Source: Chlorokybus atmophyticus | Lineage: Eukaryota; Plantae; Mesostigma and Chlorokybus algae | DNA: 64,000 nt | Direction: 5' to 3' | NCBI GenBank assembly: GCA_009103225.1 | Contig: RHPI01002533.1 | Coordinates: 152,841 to 216,840 of the forward strand | In this document: positions 1 to 11,397 of the stretch, piece by piece | Layout: every line of letters starts with the position of its first letter | Position numbering within the stretch: the stretch's first letter is position 1 | Notes under the pieces: model-generated | Seen by the model: only the letters and a program-made list of their open reading frames with translations | The model's database searches: none | Told to the model about the DNA's origin: nothing | Made by a program: the position numbers and the translations under genes

Positions 1-1957
1 TCCCCCTATTTGTTCCATTTCCCTCCCCCGCTCACCTTGAGGTCCAGCTGCAGCACCCCTCGGTCATGCACCGTGCGAATGGCAGCAGCATCAGGCTGTC
101 CCCACCGATGGCGACACCCTAGATAAACACTGCACTGTTCATTGCGCGGCTTAGGGGGCAAGCCCTCCGCCTGGCAAGGGTCACTTAATAGTGTTGAGGA
201 CATGTGAGGACATGTTTTAGATGGCCAGAGCCACAGACACGCACGCATGAACAAACACACGAGCGCACCTGCAAGTACCCAGCGCGGGCAGCGCGTTGAG
301 TAGGTGGGGACAAGCGCGTATGTGTTGGCAAGTGCACATGCGTGTGTGCTCGCATGCCAAAGACCCTCCATCTCCATCAGATGGAAAAAGGCCGTGTCGT
401 CGGGGCCCGGCAGCAGCCTGTGGCACCCTGCGTATTAGACACAAATACTGTCATAGACCACAGCGGTTTATGGCGCTTTTGAACAGTCGTCTATGAGTTC
501 TACAATCCATCAACTAGGCGTTATTGCCTCATAGGCTGCACTGTTCAGTGTAGCCCATAAGGCAGGTAATATCTGTGTATAGCGCAATACCATATGATGT
601 GTACGTTCGTGACAACGAGCACATGCGTGCTTGCACATGCATGCCCATAAGCATGCGCATGTGCGTGCGCGTGCGCGTGCGCGTGCGCATGCATACGCAA
701 TTAGTTGGTTAGATGGCTACTGAGTAGGCGCTTGAGCATACGTACTCGTGGTTGTGAGTACAAGTACAAGCAAGCACTGCTTGCTTAGGACGTGGTTGAA
801 CCACGTCCTCAGCTGAACCGTTTAGCACACGCAGTTGGATGCATGCACGCACTCCCCTCCTTTTCCCTCCCCTTACCCCTCCGCTCACCTTGAGGTCGCA
901 GCAGGTGCATTTACTTGCAGCGCCTCCCAGTCCCACACCCTAATCAAAACAGCCGCATTAGACTCCCCCCTGACCGACAGTGACGCCCCGGGTCACCTGT
1001 GCAGTGACTGTCTTCGACACATGTGTTCATGCCCAAACAGTCATGAACATGTTCGCACGCCTAAGCACGTGCACACACACATAAACATACACGTGCACAT
1101 ATGCATGCATGTATGTATGACTATGCGCACGCACACACGCGCCTGCAAGCATTCAGCTAATTAAGTTTAAGCATAAAAAATACACACGTGATCAATCTCA
1201 CGGCGCCTTCAAGCAGGAGTTGCCTGTCAGCTGCACGGTAGCCACGCCTTCTCCGTCAAGCAGCTTTTGGTTGTCCTCATTTCACTTGAGCATTCGCCTG
1301 CATGACTCAGGAAATCAGTTTGCAGTACATCAACCATGCAAAATCAACTTTACCTAACCTAGTTGCTAGCTCGTGCAGCTATGGGCACAAGGCAATTAGC
1401 TTCTGGTCAAAAGTCGACATGCGCATGTGCATTAACCCAATTTATTTGTGACTCAGCAGCCATCAGCTGCCGACTTGGTTCTTGGTATAAGATCAGAGGC
1501 ATGCTCATCCATCACAACCGGTATTGCAGCTACAATGCAATCAGCCAGCCAGTTGACAAAAAGCACACAAATGAGTTACAACATGTTGTCATGCATACAT
1601 GACCACCAAAAGCAGCACTTACAAACCACTAGATGGCACATACAAACCGCTGCCGGCAGGCTGCACCCATCACAATGACACAAGTACAAGCCAAAAACGA
1701 CATCAGCTGCAAAATTAAAAACTGCGGCAGCAGCAGCCTAACGGAGCAGGCGCTGTTGCAATGCGCATGCTTGCATGAAGCCTACAGCGGCAACAATGCT
1801 CAAGTATGTGAATGTAAGTATGTGAATGCGCATTGGCTATCAGCAAAGAACTTCACTAAACAAATCAATGCTTACCAACACTGCCCGCACCACCCACCGC
1901 CGCCGCCGCCGTCAGCTTGGACCGCAGTGCCAATAACGGCGCATCCAGTAGTTCCAT
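1..1957 (-). CDS. Probable multi-exon gene of unknown function, running off the left edge
   Basis: Putative first exon MELLDAPLLALRSKLTAAAAVGGAGSV starts at ATG 1957 and ends at a GTAAG donor at 1875. GTGAG donors occur at about 35 and 888. Two phase-compatible exons join to give ...GCHRLLPGPDDTAFFHLMEMEGCRHRWGQPDAAAIRTVHDRGVLQLDLK. The middle exons were not resolved and no family was recognised. Confidence 0.35.
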
Positions 1958-2174
1958 GGATGCTTTCGGCAAGCGATGATAACTACAAGCTGCAGCTCTG
2001 CTGACGTATGCAAGCTGCTCAATGCTTCCGTTGACTCCGGTGGTAGTGAGCAGACCGCAGTGCCAGGTCACCGTACCAGGTGTGGTGCGCAAGCCACGGC
2101 ACGGTTTAACCCTGCTGCCAATGCTGCTCCCCCTTTGCATTAGAGTGTGCTCCATAGGCCGCGGGACACCACAC

Positions 2175-2476
2175 GACCAGCACTGGTTTGATCGCGGGTA
2201 CATGTATTGGACCAAATCTGGTACGCAATAACCATGCCATGTTACTGGACCAGTAATGTGCTGGTTAGACCAGCCCTGGTCCTACTGCTCAAGCCGCGTG
2301 CTGACCAGTGCACTGGTTCGCAGGCCACGGGGCCCGCGACCAGCCCCGGTCTGATCTATCGGACCAGGCCATCCGGCTCCGGGGCGGGACCACCGGCGGT
2401 CCGGTCACGCCGGACCAGTCGCACTGGTACGCCTTAGCGAATCGGACGTGGTCTGCGGGCCGCGTACGACTGGTCC
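2175..2476. repeat. GC-rich array of short ACCAG..CTGGT / GACC..GGTC inverted repeats
   Basis: Examples: GACCAGCACTGGTT, TTACTGGACCAGTAA, ACCAGCCCTGGT, ACCAGTGCACTGGT (perfect palindrome), GGACCACCGGCGGTCC, ACCAGTCGCACTGGT. Confidence 0.75.
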
Positions 2477-3398
2477 GCGCGTAAAAAGCCCTGTGTATGC
2501 TGGTTCTCTCTGGCCTTCTCAAGCAGATGCACAAACTTGCTGGTCACACGCTTGGCACCAGCCCCTGCTATGCGCTTCACCTGAGGCATGGCATGGGTTA
2601 GGCAACATGGGCAATGATGAGGATTGGTAAAAAGACTGTCTGAGCCCATAAGCATTGCACACATATGTAGTATAGCATCGCATAGCATAGTAGTAGCGCA
2701 TAGAAGTAGAAAAACACCAACCTGAGTAGAATGTTTGGGTTGGCTCATCTCTGTGTAATACAATACAAGCGTGCTAGGCCTGCTCTCCGTGCTTTTGCAA
2801 CACACTTGTCCTCCATACCCCCCTCACCCACACTCGTGCTTGCAACCAACAACCCCCCATAGCCAAGCACTAAGCCTCAGCAACCCTTGCACACGCTCAA
2901 AACATTCACACAACAACGCCTAAGCACCCCCATGGCGCTCATATATACTAGTTATACCTAACTCACCCTACCACCGACATTGCAACCTCACGCGTAACAC
3001 CCAAAATGGTGCCAGCCTAACTTGTACATGTCATGTCCAATTGATATGGAACTCCGTAGGAAGTTGTGTAATAACATAAATACCCCGTTGCAAAACCCCA
3101 TCCAAAAATGTTAAGTAGCAAAGAAGTTACTACAGGTTTGGCTAACAAGTGCAGAAAATTGCAAGAATGGCGCCTAATTTCAAATATGTAATCTGTATAA
3201 AACGGCGGCGCACTCATCCAAATCGCGCGATGTTGGGTTCTCCCGGTAGGTCTCCTCGCGATCTAACAGCTGACGAATTTCTACCGCCAAAGGAGCAACA
3301 ACGCGGAAGTTATAGCCAAAAAGTCTAACTAGCGCCGAAAATAAGGACAAACAGTAAATATGTACAGTAGTAATTGACGCGGTCACGTCGTATCTATT

Positions 3399-3481
3399 GC
3401 TTGGATGGCCGAGCGGTCTAAGGCGCCACGCTCAAGACGTGGTCCACATTGTGGGCATGGGTTCGAACCCCATTCCAAGCA
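3399..3481 (+). tRNA. trnL-CAA: tRNA-Leu(CAA), no intron
   Basis: Acceptor stem GCTTGGA/TCCAAGC plus discriminator A; D arm GCC-GAGCGGTCTAA-GGC; anticodon arm CCACG-CTCAAGA-CGTGG with CAA at 3433-3435; long variable arm; T arm ATGGG-TTCGAAC-CCCAT. Confidence 0.95.
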
Positions 3482-3537
3482 GCAGATTATTGTTGGAGAG
3501 AATTTTGCAGGTCTGGTATTGCGGTGTTTTCCAAATT

Positions 3538-3727
3538 TGTGGCACGGCATGTGGAGCTATGCAAATGAGGTGATTTCCCGATACCGTAGAGACCAGAACT
3601 TTTATATGCCAAAAACAATTCGGATTCGGTGTTGTCCGGATATGTGGCACGGCATGTGGAGCTATGCAAATGAGGTGATTTCCCGATACCGTAGAGACCA
3701 GAACTTTATATGCCAAAAACAATTCGG
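3538..3727. repeat. Two near-identical ~85-bp direct repeats (period 105) downstream of the tRNA
   Basis: TGTGGCACGGCATGTGGAGCTATGCAAATGAGG...AAAAACAATTCGGA starts at 3538 and at 3643. The copies differ by one T. Confidence 0.9.
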
Positions 3728-5445
3728 AAAGTGTCACCGAAATCTTCTAGGTTGATTACCTTGACTTTTTGGCGGTGATGTAAAACTTCTTGTAGCTACC
3801 AAATTATCTACACAAAGGTATCCTTTTTTGTTTTATATTTAATTTGTGAACCAGAGCTGCGTTGTCGGTAGCGCGATAAAGTTAAGTGTTTTGGGCCAAA
3901 CCCTGAAACGGAGTACGCTACAATTTCGTAACTTTTCACGCTATTGCCGGCCATTGAAGGGTAGAAAATTTTGTACTCTTTGGCAGTAAGTCCGGCGAGG
4001 GTCTTCCCTGACAACAATAAAGCCGTCACCAATTTTTTGGCCGCTCAAACTTGCTATAGCGATGACACCGTCATGGTGCCAATGACCCTAAATGTGCCGT
4101 ATAGGGGGAAATCATCATAATGGTAATAACTTGTAGTCTACCTCGGCATATAGCATGAAACTTTGAAAGTTAATTACGCATATTATCTTCTCATAACTCT
4201 TTACTCACTCGGGGTTTATAAAAATTTGCAACAGTTAGGACAAAATCAACCGTCTTAAATGTTCATAAAATGCATCGTTTGTACTTCATAACTAGCGCAA
4301 TATACAATCAATCAAGGCGGTTTCTAATTTTCTAAATAGCTCTTGATCAGCTCTAGATCCCTTTAAAGTTTAAAGCCAATCCAACTTGAAATGTGCCTTA
4401 CAGCGCTGGTTGAGTACTACGAAATTAGGGTCACCGTCGGAGTTAGGGCGATTTACCCTAGTTAGAAGCGAAGTCGCGGGCTAGAATCTGACCGCGCGCT
4501 GCACCCTTCTGTCAATAGGCTGCACTGAAGGGTGGCAAAATTTGCGGAAAGTTGCGCGCTTCACGCGGATTACGTAACGAGAACTACCCCTACGGCTAAG
4601 CGAAAGAAGTCCAAAGTAGTACATAAAAAGTCAAACACCATGTGAAAGTTCTGGCCACTACGGTACTGATGCCAACGTAATGATAAGGCAAACTTAATGA
4701 TAGCTGTAACTCAATGATAAAACAACAAATTTTTTAATTGAACTGGTAACAGTTTTATCTGATGACCTACCTGGTCACCTACATACCGGTACAATGTTGT
4801 AGGCTACAGTTTCAGGACACAGTTTGTAGCCTAGGCCTACAAGCGTTACTTACGCAAGGTGCAAATTGAACCGTCACGAAAAGTGAGACCCGCGCCGTGG
4901 CAATAGTAATGTGCCGACGGTGGCCTGATGCATGTGAGTTGAATGATGGGCGGCCTGGTGCGCAGGCAGGCGGTTTTGCGCTGCTGTAGATCTGTGCCGA
5001 TGCCAGAGCATGAGCTGGCACGTACATGCATGGCGGGAGGGGCTTCCAAGACCAACACGACAACGCAACACGCAAGCCGTGGCTGTGAGTCGCGGGCAGC
5101 ACGCAGTGCATTGCAAGCGTCGCAAGGCCCAAGGGGGAGCCACCTTCTGGCTGCGTGAGCGGCTTCGTATATTCTTCTCACTGGAGGTGGCTTTGGGAAG
5201 TGCGCTTGTCTAGCGTTGGCTGCAAGGAGGTGAGTGGCGGTCACGCAAGGGCGTCCTCCATGCATGCCGTTGCACGCCAGCGTCACTAGCACGCACCTAC
5301 GCTGCATGCTTGCCGCATTAGTGCAGCTTGCACTAATTGTGTGTGCGTGCGTGCGTGCGCGTCTATGTCCCTGTGCCCTGGTGTATGCACTTTTGCCACC
5401 CGTGCAAACGCTTTCTTTTCTTTCCACGGCCTCACCCCCACCTGT

Positions 5446-6719
5446 ATGTTTGCTCGCCCAGTTGAAGGAGTCAGAGTCAGACTTAGCATCGGCTTCATCC
5501 CCCGCAGCAGCATCAGCAGCACAAGCATGTTTCCTCAGCCTCAGCATCCCTCCCACTCGGCTGTCCTCCCCAACTCCGCCCCCCCTGCGTCGGCGTTCGC
5601 GTCCCCCTTCCCTACGCAGTACGCCTACACCATTGTCTACACCAACGACGTGGACGCCTCCCTGCGCTTCTACCACCAGGCGTTCGGACTGCAGGGGAGA
5701 TACGAGGACAAGAAGCACATGTGGGGAGAACGTAAGGGGGTGGTTACTACACTCGCACAGTAACACGCATGCAAAGCGTGCATGTTGAAGTGCACTTGTG
5801 CTTTGCATCTGGGAAGTAGGTAGTTTTCCTGCCTATCAATGGTTTTTGGTTGGCTACACTCACGAATGTCAACATGCAGTGCATGCATGTTGAAGTGTAC
5901 TTGTACTTTGCTTTGGTTTGTATCTCAGAATTGAGTAATTCTCTGCGGTTACAGTGAATACTGGGCAAACCACTTTGGCCTTCACTCCATTGGAGCAGAG
6001 GGAGACGGCTCTCACAGGTGGTGCGGAGTTGCATCAGATCAACCAGCCGCCTCACAACGTGGCGCTCGGGTATGGCACACCACATGCAGTGTTAGTGTGG
6101 CCCACAAGTTGTGCTGCTGCACATGGCTGGTGCCGGCGTGGACTGTGCATGTTCTTGAGGGTTGCATGTTGGTTAAATGTTGAACAGTTTCTAAACTAGC
6201 ATATACCAACACTGTAGATGTTTATATGTGTGCAGGTTTCTCACCCAAGATCCCGATGGACTGTTCAAACGGGCTGTAGATGCGGGTGCGATTCCCGTGG
6301 CAGGAGTGGAATATAAGAAGGTAGGCCTTGTGGTACAAGTAACATGCAGTGTTGCAGTTCGTTGTGTTATTCTCTGTATGCATGCATCCATGTAGTTGCC
6401 CTTCGTGACAGTGAGCATGCTGCTCTGGCATGCGCACATACCACATGCATGCCGGCTTGCTTGACATCAACAGCAGGCAGATTGACCACCATCATTGCGT
6501 GTGAAGAAATGATGTTGTGACTAGTGTGCATTGCATCCGCACTCAGAGTTCAGTTACACAAAGCTGTTATTCAAGTAGGTGTGTTGCAACGATGCAAACT
6601 AATGTTGGTTCTGTGCGCAGTGGGGACAGCGAGTGGCCTACGTCAGGGACTTCAATGGTGTTCTTATCCAGATTGCCAGCACAATAGAGAACCCGCCCAT
6701 CCTGGACGTGATGCAGTAG
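5446..6719 (+). CDS. VOC / glyoxalase-bleomycin resistance family protein, 4 exons
   Basis: YAYTIVYTNDVDASLRFYHQAFG...WGE|LNTGQTTLAFTPL...|FLTQDPDGLFKRAVDAGA...|WGQRVAYVRDFNGVLIQI. GT-AG introns are phase-consistent and the stop is TAG at 6717-6719. The start codon is uncertain (5446 or about 5527). Confidence 0.85.
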
Positions 6720-7248
6720 GCACCTTCTAGTGTATATACGTATGTAACATGGTCTCACGTATCAATACATGGCCTGTCTCTTTTGCGTGCTCTGCGCAGC
6801 TGATGTATTTTGGTTATTACCATTTTACTACTACTTGTAGTCCAACAGTATCCAACTGGTGTGCATTACGACTAAAGTTTGATCTACTCCCACCACAGCA
6901 GCTAGCAAGCAATCGATGTGGTAAAGTAACATCTATGCCAGATACAATTAAAAAGATCAATGGCGCACTGATGATGGACGTGAGCAGACCAAACCAGTCC
7001 CGCTAAACTGCATTTATCGACTTCATACGTTAAGTATAAGATGCTCTGCCTACGAGTACTATCCAACCGGCAGATGAACACAAGTATATGGTAGCAATAT
7101 CTTGACGCCAGTTTAGTTCCAATGTGTGAGCGTTGAAGCAATCGTCCACAGCAAGCACAGGGCGAAGTATGTGACGTGCCCCACAAAGTCCCGCTAATGG
7201 TCGGAACGGTTGGACGCACACACTTCACAAAAATCGCAGTGTTGCACG

Positions 7249-8505
7249 TCACTGCCTGGCAAATGGAATTATTGCCTTTCTTTCATGGCTCGCACCAGTA
7301 CATCGCGGTTGACTGCAACCATACAACAATTGGACCACCCACCCTTGTCGTGACTGATGTGCACATTGAGCAATACCTGTGTAGTGATACTCCAGCTGAT
7401 CCTCACTATAACGGAATGGATGCGCAGGCGCTATCGCATCCCGCGCAGCTAGCCACCTACGCCAATCTCCCAACCCTGCAGATGCACCACACTGTGGGCC
7501 ACATCAACGTTGCCGCAAAACACACGCTGAAGAAGTCACCACACACCATCAATGCTAGAGGATTGCATCTGCTGACTGGCCTCATGCACGAGTTGTTGCA
7601 GTCGCTGCTCCAGCTCGAATGACAGCGGGCTTGCCATAGGCTGTGGGCACATACCGCAGTTTCAGCCCCAAATAGAGATGTAGTGTGAATGGCATCACCA
7701 TTGCACGACACAGCATCCCGCTTACGGGAGGCTGCACTTCAGGCCCGAGCACATCGAAAATGGCAACTGCTCTGAGCGAGAACCATGGCCCAAATGTCGG
7801 GTGTATGCACAGATGGCATGTATCTGACAAGAATGCCGCACCTGCAAACAGCCTTTGTTGCATGCTGTGCATAGCACATTTGAAAGGAACACAACCTGAT
7901 GGTTTACCCCAAACCCAACTCACCAGCTGCGTGCGCCATGCGCTGAATGGCGACAAGCCTGCCCGGCGCAGTCTCATGACTGTAGTAAATGTCTGGCGAA
8001 GCCAACCGCCCTGCTGATATCATTGACTCGTTTTCTTTCTGAAACTGTACCCAAGCTTGTTCAACAGCTCGGGACACACGCCGAGCAACATAATTATTCA
8101 GTGGGTGAGCCGGTATGTCACTCGTCTCTGGTGATGACGAAGTCACCGATGACTTATTACTTGCCAAGTCTGCGATGAAAGGCTGCCATATGGACAGGCT
8201 GTTGCCGATGATGACAGCGAGCGAGCTACCTTTGTTGACGCCGTGATCGTAGCTGATGCGCAGCTGCTCCGGCACGACCTTTGCGTACCATTGCAGGTTG
8301 GATGGTGCGATGAGGTCCAACCCGGCGGGAGCTAATGACCGAGTAAATGAGGACGTGATGCTCTGCCAGTCTGCGGCACGCACGCCCTGCAAGCATGCAC
8401 ACATGAGATAGATGCAAGTTTGAGCCACTGCAGTTGTTCATAGTGCTTGTTATTGATTGAGCATGACAACAGCAGAGCAGAATAACTGACCTCGCTGTGA
8501 ATCAT
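7249..8505 (-). CDS. MMACHC: Cobalamin trafficking/processing protein, CblC/MMACHC-like
   Basis: Motifs GLDLIAPSNLQWY, HPLNNYV, RLVAIQRMAHAAG, LCIHPTFGPWFSLRAV and WRRWLAARDA...RYSEDQLEYHY match the MMACHC family (human CIHPRFGGWFAIRG). The gene is spliced; some exon borders are approximate. Confidence 0.85.
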
Positions 8506-11397
8506 GCAGCGTCCGATTGAAGCCAAGCTGTGCCAGATTGAAGCGCGCGTTGGTCTGTAAAGGTGTCAACTCTTAGCACATACACGGCTTACAACACAGT
8601 TCGTATGTACTGCTGTATGCTATATGCAACACTTGGAATGCAAGTGTAATGTCTGGGCTTGTGCTCTACTCGCTGCCTGTTGCTGTTGTGTGCAGTGAAA
8701 AGGAGACCGTCACCAGTCAAACGGAACCTTCAGCAATGTAAAGGTCGTCGCTAAACCAGGAATAGTGATTAGACTGTAAGTATGCATGTATGTTTTTGTG
8801 CCCTGCCCTGCCCTGTCGCCGCGGGGTTGGCATATCACGAAAGTGAGACACAGCCATGTTGCAATGCCGTCAACAAAGGTAGCCCTTTGTTGATGGCATT
8901 GCAAGTGTGGCAGACGTATTGATATGAGTTACAATATCTGTTTCACGAATTCCTCGCTACAAACTACCGTGACGCAGTTTGTTACTTTGCTTCCTTATCT
9001 TCGAGTGTCTGTTTGCATTGTTTAACAATGCAGTAATACGTTTGCTTATTTATGCTCTTGTCTGTCTGGTTGTCTACTGTGTTTATCGTACCTCGTTGCT
9101 TTGACCGCACAGTTAGGCCGCCCTGGCTATGTCGGCGGCGTTGGGCCCATTCAACTCCAGCCTAACCAGGCTGGCGGCGAGGTAGGCGGCCAGGGCCGTA
9201 ATGAGCAGGACGGACAGCATCGCAGCGTCCATCGTCGACACAGCTGAAGTTGTTTAACAAGCGGCTTGGCTCATGTTGATATAATCGCAGCCTGATCAGG
9301 CCACGGTGACCGCAGGTCAGGCCGCAGAAAAGCGGTTGTTGGCCAAGGGTATCCGGAAGCCAGGTAGACAGCTGCTGCCTCAGGTAGTGGATGCAGCTCG
9401 ACTGCGGGCACAGTGGCACTAGCAGTGGGCGCTGCAACACCGTCCACAACCACTTCCTCCTGCACCACCACCACCGCCGCCGCGAAGTGGTACCTGTTGC
9501 CGCCTTGTCCGTGTAACGACTAATGGTGGAATCTGCCGGCAGAGGCAGTCCCCATTTGGCATGGCGTCGCTCGGCACAAACGGCAAACGGCATTAACGCC
9601 GTCCCGTTCACATGGTGCGCTGAACTGTGCGTTGGTTTGTTTCTTCCAGGCTTTCAACCGTTGGCTTGTGTCTGCTTGACGATTGGAGTTGTTGTGGATG
9701 TGCTGTGTTTCGGTCTGTCTGGCAGAAAGAGCAAGGTGTGTGAAGTCTCGTTGGTCTCAGGCTAGCGGTAGCACAGTAAGTGCTAAGCAGGTAAGAGGTA
9801 GCTGTTCTCTACTGCCCCTTTTTCACAAGCGCTTGGAGGTGGTTTGAAGACAGGACGAGTTTGGGCATTTCTGGTGTTTATGGCTGGGGCAGCGGAGGCG
9901 GCTGGAGGAGAGGCTGCTGCCAACACCAAGACTGTTATCTCATGGGCGTGTAAAGGTAAGGAAGCCCGTAGTTCACCGTGTGTGTGTATGTGTTCTGACG
10001 AGCAAACCACTGCCAATTATGAACTGTTACTGGGATGGATTGCGTTGGTGCTCGACAATCACACGACAATACACACACACACATGCTGTATGTGCACGTG
10101 TTTGGCTGTGTGCAGTGGTTCTCGTGCTCTGATTTACTGCAATGTTGTGTTTGGTCCAGCTAGTCAGCAGTGACAGAACATTACAAAGTGCTGGTGGTTG
10201 CCACGGCATGACGTTGCCTTGATGTGCGCACGTATGCATGCGCACACGGACACACGCAAGTATCGACGCACGTGCACGCAAACACACGCATGCTCACACA
10301 GCGACTTAGCTTCATCTACAGGCGGTCCTTCAACTTTACGTTCTTTTGCTCAGCTCGATGGATGCTCAATGCTAAGTTTAAAGTCTGTACATCTCTGTGT
10401 AAGGGTGCGAGCGGGAGTGTTTGCCGGTGCGCGAGGAGTCGCGGTGTCTCTGCGGCCACAGACTTAAGGCGCACAACCCCAGCCAACACCCCAAGTGAGT
10501 GCTGGGAGTTGTACGGAGTTGATATTGCTTGCGAGTCCAAATGGCGCATTAGTGGCAATTGTGCTGTTGTGGATTTGTACGCATGTGCTGATTTCTTCAC
10601 GCTGCTTGCAAAAACCGATGTGTTGAGTGTGCCTTTGTGGTGCAGGGCGTATGCGTGTGCAGATGCCAAGTGCAAATGCCCAATGTTCTTTTACATAGTG
10701 GCGGAAGGGTCTTGGATACTGAGATGCAGATGCAAGGTGAGTTTTGCCTCACTCGCACAACTGCTCGTGCAATGCAGGTCGGACTAATTGCCGTTGCCCG
10801 TTCACAGCACAAGCACGTGGAGCACGACCCCGTCACTCATGCGTGCGCGAAGGCTACTTGCAAATGCCAGAGATTTGACAGCCCTTGGGTTCGTCCCCGG
10901 TGCAGCATATTGAGATGTAACCGGATGGCATGTGTAGCACAACACACCCTCCTGACAGTCCGTGTCTGTAGGTATGCAATTGCAACCATCCATGGTCAGA
11001 CCATGTCCAAAAAATGGAAACGCGAAGCTACCGCAGGTACACCACTGCTGCTGTGCTTGTGGTGGCAACACCACATTGTTCATAAAACGCATCCTTCATT
11101 CGCAGTCAGACATTATGTCCATGCGATTCGGGTAGTCCGGTGTGTGGTGATTGATGGGTACATAAATTAGCAGGGTCATGATGTGCACAGGTATCAAATC
11201 AGTTCACACTAATCCGATGCGCACTGCCATTGCAGATTGGCAGACATGATGGAGTTTGCAGAGGCGGCGGCAGAGGTCAATGCTTGGCACAAAGTGGAAC
11301 GAGGCAAAGCATAGCAACGCTCCATTGCAAGATGCGTAAACTGAACATCAACTCAACCAAGCACATAAATTCACAGCATAGTGGGTGCAAGCTGACG

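Noticed and set aside
4846-5808. 320-aa minus-strand ORF, and similar long ORFs at 42532-43230 and 61319-61678
   Set aside because: These are antisense shadows of GC-rich real genes or TE ORFs, with low-complexity translations and no motifs.
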